A stretch of 64,000 bases of DNA from Bacillota bacterium (GTDB taxonomy: Bacteria > Bacillota > DTU025), in contig JBMNJT010000004.1 in assembly GCA_050951805.1 (NCBI GenBank), forward strand, positions 141,096 through 205,095. Direction: 5' to 3'. A program made the translations under genes and the position numbers. Shown here in pieces: positions 31,078 to 40,682 of this stretch; the stretch's first letter is position 1; the number at the start of each line of letters is the position of its first letter. The notes beneath the pieces are model-generated. The model did no database searches, was not told the origin of the DNA, and worked only from the letters and a program-made list of their open reading frames with translations.

Positions 31078-31407
31078 TGTGTACCCCCCTATTTCGCCAG
31101 CATTTGAAGGATATCGCCGATACGAATTGATGCGAAAGCAAGAAGGATTTCACTGCACAGATATAGTATACTAATAAATGCACAATAAAGCAGAGCCATC
31201 GGGAATTCGCTGTGGCGGTATTGCGGGGCCTGACAGTTTCAGGTCTGCGTAAGTGACGCCGCAGTGCAGATTTTTTCGCCATATCTAGCAATGCATTTCC
31301 TCTATTGGATACTACTGTTACATAGTATATAATACACTCCGAGGTTTCTCATTACGAATAGAGCCGCTGCAGGTGCGGCGTTTGACTTGTAGGGGAGGGC
31401 GACGTTT

Positions 31408-32184
31408 TTGCTGTTTCCATGGAAGAACGGGAAACGCGACGAAGAGGAACACGATCCAGAACAGGCTTTGATATCTTTATACAGCCCAAAGTCGCTTGCG
31501 AGTGAAGCTTATCGGATGCTCCGGACGAATGTTCACTTTTCCAGCGGTGGCGAGTCCATCCGAGTGTTGGAGGTCACGAGCTCCTTCCCCGGAGAGGGAA
31601 AGTCCCTCACCGCCTGCAACCTGGCGATAACCTTCGCACAGGCGGGCGAGTCGGTTGTGCTGATAGATGCCGACATGCGGCGGCCCACTGTGCACGAGAA
31701 GTTCGAATTGCCGCAGTCGCCGGGCCTTTCTGAAACCATAGTCACAGGGAAGCACGGGGACTTCTTAAAAGACGGACCGGTGGAGGGCCTCAGGATTATA
31801 ACTGCGGGCACGATCCCGCCCAATCCTTCTGAGCTGCTCCACAGCGACCGTATGATCAAGTTTCTTGATGACATGAAATCCATAGCTGACCTCGTGATCA
31901 TCGATGCCCCGCCGGTGCTGGCTGTCACTGATGCCCTGGTTCTTGCGCCGCGGGCGGATGGTGTGATTTTGGTGGTCAGTATGCTGAAGTCTGATAAGCG
32001 CGCTGTCAAGCACGCTGTGGAGGCGCTCCAAGCTGTAAACGCCAAGGTCCTGGGAACGGTCATCCGCGGCGTCGCGCCGCCCAAGGGCAAGTACGGCTAC
32101 AAGCACTATTACAATGATTATTACTATTATTACGACTCGGGCTACGGCTCCGATGAGTCGGCAAAGGGGACTGCGACAAAGTGA
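31408..32184 (+). CDS. cpsD: BY-kinase (CpsD/CapB)
   Basis: SEAYRMLRTN, Walker A SSFPGEGKS, LIDADMRRP, IIDAPP, C-terminal Tyr cluster. Confidence 0.93.
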   Translation: MLFPWKNGKRDEEEHDPEQALISLYSPKSLASEAYRMLRTNVHFSSGGESIRVLEVTSSFPGEGKSLTACNLAITFAQAGESVVLIDADMRRPTVHEKFELPQSPGLSETIVTGKHGDFLKDGPVEGLRIITAGTIPPNPSELLHSDRMIKFLDDMKSIADLVIIDAPPVLAVTDALVLAPRADGVILVVSMLKSDKRAVKHAVEALQAVNAKVLGTVIRGVAPPKGKYGYKHYYNDYYYYYDSGYGSDESAKGTATK

Positions 32185-35100
32185 GTTGGGGCAAGTGTGC
32201 ATCTGAGAGAAACAAGAGGACGCTCGTTGCTGCAATAGTATGTGCTTTGGTCGTGGCTTTCGGCCTGTGCGGAGCCGTTCCGGCGTCGGCGGGCGACGGT
32301 GGACAGGTCGGCAAATCGAGCGGGTCGGCCCAGTATCTTCTGGGTTCCGGGGATGCGATAAGGATCTCTGTTTTCGGTGACGACCAACTGACTGTCACGG
32401 CGCAGATTGGGCCCGATGGGCTTGTTTTTGTTCCGCTTGCGGGAGCGATCAAGGTTTCCGGTAAGACTGTAGAGCAGGCAAGGGCCGATATCGCCCGTGC
32501 TCTTTCGGCTTACATCAAGAATCCCGATGTTACTGTCACTATAGTTGATTACCGGAAGGTCCGTATTGTGGTGGTGGGCGAGGTCATCCGGCCGGGGATG
32601 TATGAGGCGCCCGACGGGTCGGGGGCCTTGACGGCTATTGCTCTTTCTGGGGGCCTCACGGAGCTTGCGGATGTCGACGGCATCGTCGCTGTTGACGGAG
32701 GGACGCACCCGGTGGACTACTCCGGGATAGTCGCGGGAAGTGCTGCCGATGTTGCTCTCTCAGATGGCGCGGTTGTCCATGTCCCCAGGGCGGTCAGGCA
32801 GATCCTCGTGCTCGGGGATGTTGCACGGCCCGGATCGTACGGTGCGCCCCGGGGCGGGTCCATGAGGCTGCTTGATGCGGTGGCCGCGGCTGGCGGGGTT
32901 TCCGGCGATGCCCGCAGAGCCCAGGTTGTATGGAGCGGAACGCGCGATGGGGCTCAAGAGAGCTTCGCTGTATCTTTTGGCGCGTTGATTGACGCTCCCG
33001 GTTCTGAATCAAACATCTTGCTCGCTTCAGGCGATGTCATATTCGTCTCCGAAGCCCCGGAGCAGGCGTCCGTCATCGGTGAGGTGGCGAGGCCCGGGGT
33101 TTATCCCATAAGCGCCGATACTACTCTTCTCGATCTTCTTGCTATGGCGGGAGGCCCCAGCGTACGCGCGGACCTCGGGAATGTGAGGGTTTACGCTGGA
33201 GGAAGCCCCGCTGATGGTGCTTCTTTTGAACTTGCCGACGGGGACCTGGCATTTGCCGGGGATGTGAAGGCCAACCCCAAGGTGGCCTCCGGCGCGGTTG
33301 TGGTCGTTCCAAGCTCGGTTCTGCGTGTCCAGGTAGCGGGGTATGTTGGGCGTCCGGGCCAGGTGGAGCTGGAGCGGGAGGCTACCGCGGTTGATGCCAT
33401 CGTTGCTGCAGGTGGGATCCGCGAGGACGGGGACGGCAGCAAGGTCGTGCTCACCCGGAGGTCGGACGGGGCCTCTGCGGTGCGCGAGATAGATATTGAA
33501 GGAATATTGGGCGGGCAGGTTGCCCAGACCGATGCGCCCAGCCTTTCCGACGGGGACGTGCTCTTCGTTCCCCAAGCCGTGCAGCGCTTGACGGTGCTCG
33601 GGGAGGTGGCGCGGCCAGGGGTGTACCCCGTAGAGCGCGGAGCTACTCTTATGGACGTGATCGCTGCTGCGGGCGGACCGACAGAGAAGGCCGACATGGG
33701 GGCTGTCAGGGTGTACGACGGCGGGAACGCGGCGGAAGCCCAAACCCTTGAGCTTGCAGATGATCGCCTAATCTTTGAGGGAAGCATCAAGTCGAATCCC
33801 CCTGCCCGGGCGGGCCAGGTGGTTGTGGTTCCGTCCATGGCGATCCGCGTGTTGGCCACTGGGCATGTTATGCGGCCGGGGTCGGTCGAGCTTCGCCGGG
33901 GGGCGACGGTCCTCGATGTGATTGCCGAGGCAGGCGGGATCAGGGACGGCGGGGATGGGACTCGCGTCGTGCTGACCCGGGCAGGCGGCGAGGGCTTCGT
34001 GGAGATAGATGTTGAAGGTATTTTGGAGGGCAGGCCCGGTGCGGGTCCTGCTCCGGTCCTTTGCGATGGGGATGGGATATACGTTCCCCAGGTAATCTCG
34101 CAAGTTTCAGTGCTGGGCGAGGTGGCGCGGCCAGGGACTTACCAGGTGGGCGCCGATACTACTCTTCTCGATCTCCTTGCTATGGCGGGAGGCCCCAGCG
34201 TTCGCGCGGACCTCGGGAATGTGAGGGTTTATGCTGGAGGAAGCCCCGCTGATGGTGCTTCTTTTGAACTTGCCGACGGGGACCTGGCATTTGCCGGGGA
34301 TGTGAAGGCCAACCCCAAGGTGGCCTCCGGCGCGGTTGTGGTCGTTCCAAGCTCGGTTCTGCGTGTCCAGGTAGCGGGGTATGTTGGGCGTCCGGGCCAG
34401 GTGGAGCTGGAGCGGGGGGCTACCGCGGTTGATGCCATCGTTGCCGCAGGCGGGATCCGCGAGGACGGGGACGGCAGCAAGGTCGTGCTCACCCGGAGAT
34501 CGGACGGGGCCTCTGCGGTGCGCGAGATAGATATTGAAGGAATATTGGACGGGAAGGTTGCCCAGACCGATGCGCCCAGCCTTTCCGACGGGGACGTGCT
34601 CTTCGTTCCCCAAGCCGTGCAGCGCTTGACGGTGCTCGGGGAGGTGGCGCGGCCAGGGGTGTACCCCGTAGAGCGCGGAGCTACTCTTATGGACGTGATC
34701 GCTGCTGCGGGCGGACCGACAGAGAAGGCCGACATGGGGGCTGTCAGGGTGTACGACGGCGGGAACGCGGCGGAAGCCCAAACCCTTGAGCTTGCAGATG
34801 ATCGCCTGATCTTTGAGGGAAGCATCAAGTCGAATCCCCCTGCCCGGGCGGGCCAGGTGGTTGTGGTTCCGTCCATGTCCATCCGTGTGTTGGCCACTGG
34901 GCATGTTATGCGGCCGGGGTCGGTCGAGCTTCGCCGGGGGGCGACGGTCCTCGATGTGATTGCCGAGGCAGGCGGGATCAGGGACGGCGGGGATGGGACT
35001 CGCGTCGTGCTGACCCGGGCAGGCGGCGAGGGCTTCGTGGAGATAGATGTTGAAGGTATTTCAGAGGGCAGGCCCGGTGCGGGCCCTGCTCCGGTCATTT

Positions 35101-38100
35101 GCGAGGGGGATGGGATATACGTTCCCCAGGTAATCTCGCAAGTTTCAGTGCTGGGCGAGGTGGCGCTGCCAGGGGTGTACCCTGTGGGCCGGGGCGCCAC
35201 GCTGATGGATGTGATAGCCGCTGCAGGCGGGCCCACCCAGCGGGCAGACCTTTCTCAGGTGAGGATGTATGAGGGCGGGGAGGCGGCTTCGGGGGCGATC
35301 CTCGAGGTTGCCGATGATTCCCTGATTTATACCGGGGACATTTGCGACAACCCGAAGGTTGCTGCCGGGAACGTTATCGTTGTGCCGGCAGGCACGATCA
35401 GGGTTCATGTTGCCGGGCATGTGGCCCGTCCGGGCAGCTACGAGCTGCGAAGGGGTGCGGGGGTTCTCGAGGCCATAGTTGCGGCAGGGGGCATCGGTGT
35501 GTCTGCGGACGGTGCCAGGGCTGTTCTTGTGGCCCAATCAGACGGCGAGGTTCGCGCTTTGCAGGTGGACATAGACTCCATTTTGGCGGGGAAAGAGAAG
35601 GGCCCTGTGCTGCTAGATGGAGACTCGATCTTCGTTCCGGAGGCCAGTGCCCAAGTGGTGGTGTTGGGCGAGGTTGCCCGCCCCGGCGCTTACAGGCTCG
35701 CCAACGGAGCGCGGCTGCTCGATGCCATCGGTGCTGCAGGGGGGCCGTCCACCCGGGCTTCTTTGGAGAAGGTAGTCATCTATTCGGGAGAGGACTTCTC
35801 CTTTAGGTCGGATGTGGCCTTAGGCTCGGGGAAGACGATTGATGCCAAAGACAACCCGGTTCTGGGCTCGAGCGACGTTGTTGTCGTAGGGAGCCGTGCG
35901 ATTACTGTGAGCGTGGCGGGCGGAGTTGCAAGGCCGGGCATATACGAGCTTGCTGCGGGCGCTAAGATCCTTGACGCCATTTCGGCGGCCGGGGGAGTCG
36001 CCTCTTCAGGCGAGGAACGGGCGGTTACCCATGCCCGGGCCCTAGATGGCTCGGCTGTCTCGGGGATCGATCTTGATTCAATAGGCCGGGATCCCATGTG
36101 CGAGGCAAATAGCGTTTTGGCTGATGGGGACGTGATTTACGTGCCTGAGGCTGAGCGGCGCGTGGCGGTGCTCGGCGCTGTGGCGAGGCCCGGGGTCTAT
36201 GCGGTTGGCGATGATCCAACGCTTCTTGAAATTCTGGCGGCTTCGGGAGGGCCAGCGCAAGATGCCGATCTTACGCGGGTAAGAGTATACTCTGGTATAC
36301 CTGGTTCGTTCGTCGATCTCTCTTTGGCAGACCGTGAACCTGTCTACCTGGGAGATGTGACGGCGAATCCCGCGATCGATGCAGGCTCTGTAGTGGTCGT
36401 CCCGAGCCGTTCTATTCGTGTATATGTTGCGGGGCATGTTGCGCGGCCTGGGCTGGTCGAGCTGATGCAGGGGTCGACTGGGCTTGATGCGATCGCCGCG
36501 GCAGGCGGTGTGAGTGCTCAGGGGGACGGATCCTGTATTGCTCTCGCCCGTAAGGGGGCTGCCATGTCCGAGATAGACATGGAGGCTGTACTTGCGGGAG
36601 AGGCGGACGATGTTCTGCTTGCAGAGGGGGATGCACTCTTCGTGCCTGAGGCCGATCCCGGGCAGGTAGTAGTGCTCGGCGAGGTCGCCCGCCCCGGGGC
36701 GTACAGGTTGCCCCGTGGGGCGAAGCTGCTCGATGCGATAGGGGCTGCGGGCGGAGCGACGGAAAAGGCTCTCCTCGAAAATGTTCGGATTTTTTCAGAA
36801 GGAGTTTCTGAAGGATATTGCAATATATCAATATTAGAAGGCAATTCGATCGAACCATCTCATAATCCCCAGGTTTCCCCCGGTGATGTGATAGTCGTTC
36901 CCAGCGGTGCGGTGAAGGTCAGTCTGATCGGTGCTGTTGCGAGGCCTGGGGTGTACGAGCTCCCGCAAGGATCAAGGATCCTTGATGCCCTGAGCGCTGC
37001 GGGAGGGATCGGGCAGCAGGGTGACGGGACGCAGGTTATCTGTTCTTCGGCGTCTGGGCCCGTGGATGTGATGCGGCTTGTGGCTGCGCCGGGAGCAGAA
37101 GCCAACAGTCTCCTTTCTTCGGGGGATGTGATCTATGTTCCCGAGGCAAGGCGGCAGGTTGCGGTGCTTGGAGAGGTGGCCAGGCCGGGTGTGTATGCGC
37201 TGCCATCTGAGGCCACGCTCATGGACGCGCTGGCCGCTGCCGGCGGGCCGTCAAAGCATGCGGCCCTCGATGGGGTGAGGGTGTATGAAGGCTCCGATGT
37301 TCGGGGCGGGGCCAGTCTGGATGTTGCAGATGAGAAGCTCCTCTACTCGGGTGATGTTAAGGCCAATCCGAAGCTAGGGGCGGGGCAGATCGTGGTGGTG
37401 CCCTCCGGCGCCATCAGGGTGCAGGTTGCAGGGAGTGTTGCCCGCCCAGGCGAGGTAGAGCTTGCGAGAGGGGCTACGATTATAGAGGCGGTCACAGCTA
37501 GCGGAGGCGTCAGGCTTGATGGAGACGGTGCTGCGGTTGTGGTGACTCGTCGTGGTGGCGGCGCCAATGTGGTCGATGTGGACGAGGCGATGGCGGGCGG
37601 GACGGAGCCGATGGCCCTTTTGGATGGGGATGTGGTCTACGTTCCGCAGCGGTCCGGGGAGATTGTGGTCCTCGGTGAGGTGGCACGGCCGGGAGGTTAC
37701 TCGCTTCCGAAGGGCGCGAAGCTCTTGGATGCCATTGCCGCGGCAGGGGGGCCCACTAGCAAGGCTTCTTTGGAGGATGTGACTGTTTACAAGGGTGGCG
37801 TTATTGTAGAAGGCATCGGTGCTCCTATCGGCGCGGGAAAAGCGCTCTTTTCGGGGAAGGTTACTGAAAATCCCGAGGTGCGCCCCGGGGATGTGGTCCA
37901 TGTTGCATCTAGATACATAACTGTCTCGGTTTTCGGACGAGTGGCAAGGCCGGGAACGATGGAGCTTCCCAAAGGGGCACGGGCGCTGGATGCGATCGGA
38001 GCTTGCGGGGGGATCCTTGCAGATGGCGACCATACTCGGATCAGCTTGACGCGGAGCGGGGCCGAAGGCCCGGCCGATGTCATAGACCTTGAGAAGGCTC

Positions 38101-39008
38101 TTCGCGATCCGGGAGGAAGTATGGCGTTATGCGATGGGGATCTGCTCTATGTTCCACAGGCTACGAGGCAGGTTGCGATAATGGGAGAGATACTCCGTCC
38201 CGGGGTCTACAGTTACGTGCCTGATATGACTCTCATGGATGTGCTGGCGATGGCCGGGGGGCCCACCCGTATGGCGGATCTTGAAGGTGTAAGGGTCTAC
38301 CGGGGGGAGGATGCCAGTGATGTGCTGACGCTTTCGGTTGCAGATGACCGTCTGAGGTTTGCGGGAGACATCAAGAGTAATCCGAAGGTGCGGCCCGGGG
38401 ATATTGTGATGATTCCGTCGGGGGCTATACGTATACAGTTGGCGGGGCACGTGGCCCGCGCAGGTGAGGTCGAGGTCCGCAAGGGCGCAACGGTTCTGGA
38501 CGCCATCTCCGCCGCAGGCGGGATCGGGGCCTCGGGGGACGGGACCCGGGTGGTGGTAACCCGGGCAGGGGCCGAGGCGCGGGAGGTAAATGTGGATGCG
38601 CTTCTTGCCGGGGACGGGGCCGAGGCACCTGAGGTATGCGAGGGTGATGTGATCTTCGTTCCCGAGGCCAACCGGAAGGTTGCGGTTATGGGGAGCGTGC
38701 TCAGGCCGGGGCTGTATGATTTTAAGCCCGGGATGAGGCTTGTGGATGCGCTCGCTATGGCCGGAGGGACTACGGCCGCTGCCAATCTAGGCAAGGTGAT
38801 GGTCTACTCGGGAGATGAGGCGGCATCGATCGCGCTTGGAGGAAGCCCTTCATCAAAGGGGACGTTGATCGACCCTACGAAGGGGAACAACCCTCAGCTC
38901 TACTACGGGGATATAGTAATAGTCCCGCAGGCGCAGACCGTAAATTGGAGCCAGATTTCTGCGATGCTTACCATCGTTAACCAGCTGATGAACATATTCA
39001 CGCGGTAG
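32181..39008 (+). CDS. Giant OPX (Wza/KpsD-like) polysaccharide export protein: Poly_export domain plus 25 SLBB repeats
   Basis: Signal peptide (..VPASA-G); YLLGSGDAIRISVF..IGPDGLVFVPLAG Poly_export motif; 25 G-x-V-x-x-P-G repeats counted; amphipathic C-terminal helix WSQISAMLTIVNQLMNIF. Confidence 0.9.
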   Translation: MSWGKCASERNKRTLVAAIVCALVVAFGLCGAVPASAGDGGQVGKSSGSAQYLLGSGDAIRISVFGDDQLTVTAQIGPDGLVFVPLAGAIKVSGKTVEQARADIARALSAYIKNPDVTVTIVDYRKVRIVVVGEVIRPGMYEAPDGSGALTAIALSGGLTELADVDGIVAVDGGTHPVDYSGIVAGSAADVALSDGAVVHVPRAVRQILVLGDVARPGSYGAPRGGSMRLLDAVAAAGGVSGDARRAQVVWSGTRDGAQESFAVSFGALIDAPGSESNILLASGDVIFVSEAPEQASVIGEVARPGVYPISADTTLLDLLAMAGGPSVRADLGNVRVYAGGSPADGASFELADGDLAFAGDVKANPKVASGAVVVVPSSVLRVQVAGYVGRPGQVELEREATAVDAIVAAGGIREDGDGSKVVLTRRSDGASAVREIDIEGILGGQVAQTDAPSLSDGDVLFVPQAVQRLTVLGEVARPGVYPVERGATLMDVIAAAGGPTEKADMGAVRVYDGGNAAEAQTLELADDRLIFEGSIKSNPPARAGQVVVVPSMAIRVLATGHVMRPGSVELRRGATVLDVIAEAGGIRDGGDGTRVVLTRAGGEGFVEIDVEGILEGRPGAGPAPVLCDGDGIYVPQVISQVSVLGEVARPGTYQVGADTTLLDLLAMAGGPSVRADLGNVRVYAGGSPADGASFELADGDLAFAGDVKANPKVASGAVVVVPSSVLRVQVAGYVGRPGQVELERGATAVDAIVAAGGIREDGDGSKVVLTRRSDGASAVREIDIEGILDGKVAQTDAPSLSDGDVLFVPQAVQRLTVLGEVARPGVYPVERGATLMDVIAAAGGPTEKADMGAVRVYDGGNAAEAQTLELADDRLIFEGSIKSNPPARAGQVVVVPSMSIRVLATGHVMRPGSVELRRGATVLDVIAEAGGIRDGGDGTRVVLTRAGGEGFVEIDVEGISEGRPGAGPAPVICEGDGIYVPQVISQVSVLGEVALPGVYPVGRGATLMDVIAAAGGPTQRADLSQVRMYEGGEAASGAILEVADDSLIYTGDICDNPKVAAGNVIVVPAGTIRVHVAGHVARPGSYELRRGAGVLEAIVAAGGIGVSADGARAVLVAQSDGEVRALQVDIDSILAGKEKGPVLLDGDSIFVPEASAQVVVLGEVARPGAYRLANGARLLDAIGAAGGPSTRASLEKVVIYSGEDFSFRSDVALGSGKTIDAKDNPVLGSSDVVVVGSRAITVSVAGGVARPGIYELAAGAKILDAISAAGGVASSGEERAVTHARALDGSAVSGIDLDSIGRDPMCEANSVLADGDVIYVPEAERRVAVLGAVARPGVYAVGDDPTLLEILAASGGPAQDADLTRVRVYSGIPGSFVDLSLADREPVYLGDVTANPAIDAGSVVVVPSRSIRVYVAGHVARPGLVELMQGSTGLDAIAAAGGVSAQGDGSCIALARKGAAMSEIDMEAVLAGEADDVLLAEGDALFVPEADPGQVVVLGEVARPGAYRLPRGAKLLDAIGAAGGATEKALLENVRIFSEGVSEGYCNISILEGNSIEPSHNPQVSPGDVIVVPSGAVKVSLIGAVARPGVYELPQGSRILDALSAAGGIGQQGDGTQVICSSASGPVDVMRLVAAPGAEANSLLSSGDVIYVPEARRQVAVLGEVARPGVYALPSEATLMDALAAAGGPSKHAALDGVRVYEGSDVRGGASLDVADEKLLYSGDVKANPKLGAGQIVVVPSGAIRVQVAGSVARPGEVELARGATIIEAVTASGGVRLDGDGAAVVVTRRGGGANVVDVDEAMAGGTEPMALLDGDVVYVPQRSGEIVVLGEVARPGGYSLPKGAKLLDAIAAAGGPTSKASLEDVTVYKGGVIVEGIGAPIGAGKALFSGKVTENPEVRPGDVVHVASRYITVSVFGRVARPGTMELPKGARALDAIGACGGILADGDHTRISLTRSGAEGPADVIDLEKALRDPGGSMALCDGDLLYVPQATRQVAIMGEILRPGVYSYVPDMTLMDVLAMAGGPTRMADLEGVRVYRGEDASDVLTLSVADDRLRFAGDIKSNPKVRPGDIVMIPSGAIRIQLAGHVARAGEVEVRKGATVLDAISAAGGIGASGDGTRVVVTRAGAEAREVNVDALLAGDGAEAPEVCEGDVIFVPEANRKVAVMGSVLRPGLYDFKPGMRLVDALAMAGGTTAAANLGKVMVYSGDEAASIALGGSPSSKGTLIDPTKGNNPQLYYGDIVIVPQAQTVNWSQISAMLTIVNQLMNIFTR
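33112..35175 (+). repeat. In-frame 1038-bp tandem duplication (four SLBB units)
   Basis: 33112-34137 is near-identical to 34150-35175; period 1038 = 346 codons. Confidence 0.9.
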
Positions 39009-39020
39009 GGAGGACGACCG

Positions 39021-40496
39021 GTGTACGAGGAAGAGATAAGTCTTCAAGAGTTGTGGCAGACGCTGATGAAACGAAAATGGCTCATAATCGGTATCACCGT
39101 GTGCGCCATGGTCGTCGCTTACTTCGCCAGCCGCGCGATGACGCCCATATACGAGGCGGAAACGACTTTTATGGTGAAGACGAAGGGTTCGGGGCTGGCC
39201 CTGCCCTTTGATGATATGGGGCTCATGGGTTCCACTCAGAATATCGGCAGGAACTATGTGCAGGTATTGAAGAGCAGGACGATTATGGAGAAGGCCCTTG
39301 AGAAGCTGGGGAAGGTTCCGGGGGTGGATTGTCCTGACTTGGATTCTCTTGAAAAGGCGGTTTCGGCTCAGCTCATAGCCCAAACTGACGCCATAACCAT
39401 CAAAGTTCAGCTTCCTGACAGGGAGTTTGCGCGGGATCTTGCGGATGCTCTTGTTGATGTGCTGATGGAGCACAACAAGGAGATGAACAGTGCTGCTACG
39501 CGGACTGCCAGGGAATACCTTGAGGAGCAGCTTGAGGTCTCCAATGCGCAGCTGAGGCAGGCCGAGGAGAGCATGCTTGCCTTAAAGTCGGGGCGGAAGA
39601 TTGTGGAGCCCTCTTTGGAGGCGCAGGCGCAGATCAAGAGGATTGCGGATCTTCAGGCCGAAAGGGCCAGCGCAGATGTGGCCTTAGGCGAGCTTCAGGC
39701 TAAGGTGGGGAAGATCCGGGAGCAGCTCGCAGGAATCAGTGATACGGTGGTTTCTTCTGAAACTGTGGTGGAGGATCCTGTGGTGGCGCAGTACCGCAGG
39801 AAACTTGCTGAGCTCGAAGTGGCGCTTGCCACGGCGAAGGAGAAGTATACTGATCAGCACCCTGAGGTGCAGCGGCTCACAGCTGAAATCGCCGAGGTGA
39901 AGGCGAACTTGAACTCTGCGGTTGCCCGTGTGGTGGGGACTCAGACTGAGACTCCGAATCCTATGAGGCAGGGATTGCTTGGGCAGATAGTTGAGGCGGA
40001 GAGTAAGATGGCGGCCCTGAGGGCGCAATCGGACGCGTTGGGACGGATTATCGCCATTGAGGAGGAAAGGCTCTCCAAGCTACCTGAGAAGGAATTGGAT
40101 CTTGCGAGGGTGACTCGGGATCTCGAGGTTGCCCAGCAGATATACATTATGCTTCGGACTAAGTACGAAGAGATGCGTGTTACGGAACAGATGCAGATAT
40201 CTGATATTTGGAGAATCGATCCGGCGGCTTTGCCGAAGGTGCCCGTGAAGCCGAGGAAGACGTTGAATACGGCGATCGCGGGGATCCTCGGGGTTTTTGT
40301 GGGTGTTGCAGCTGCTTTCATTGTTGAAGGCACCGATGTTTCGCTGAAGTCGGCGGAAGAGGTGGAGGCGGTTTTGGGGCTTCCTGTATTGGCGACCATA
40401 CCGATACATGTGGGGCCTTTGGCTGATAACAACTATAATTCTTACTACTATTCACGCTCTAATCACGGTACGAAACGATCAAAGGAAGACAAGTAA
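39021..40496 (+). CDS. Polysaccharide co-polymerase (Wzz/GumC/CpsC-like, Wzc N-terminal part)
   Basis: EEISLQELWQTLMKRKWLI, PIYEA, long coiled coil, IDPAALPKVPVKP, second TM segment, LGLPVLATIP. Confidence 0.9.
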   Translation: MYEEEISLQELWQTLMKRKWLIIGITVCAMVVAYFASRAMTPIYEAETTFMVKTKGSGLALPFDDMGLMGSTQNIGRNYVQVLKSRTIMEKALEKLGKVPGVDCPDLDSLEKAVSAQLIAQTDAITIKVQLPDREFARDLADALVDVLMEHNKEMNSAATRTAREYLEEQLEVSNAQLRQAEESMLALKSGRKIVEPSLEAQAQIKRIADLQAERASADVALGELQAKVGKIREQLAGISDTVVSSETVVEDPVVAQYRRKLAELEVALATAKEKYTDQHPEVQRLTAEIAEVKANLNSAVARVVGTQTETPNPMRQGLLGQIVEAESKMAALRAQSDALGRIIAIEEERLSKLPEKELDLARVTRDLEVAQQIYIMLRTKYEEMRVTEQMQISDIWRIDPAALPKVPVKPRKTLNTAIAGILGVFVGVAAAFIVEGTDVSLKSAEEVEAVLGLPVLATIPIHVGPLADNNYNSYYYSRSNHGTKRSKEDK

Positions 40497-40682
40497 AGCC
40501 GGAATCTGCTTACTGGACGAGCATGGTTGCCGTTTGCAGGCTGTGGCAGTAACTTGCGCTCCGTTGCCTGACGCTTATCCCGGCAAGGTTCGGGTTGCCT
40601 GAACTTTGCGGCAGAAACTGACTTATGACGTGCTTGATGGGCTTTTGGGGATGGGCATTGTTAAGTTTCAGGCAGCGGGGCT

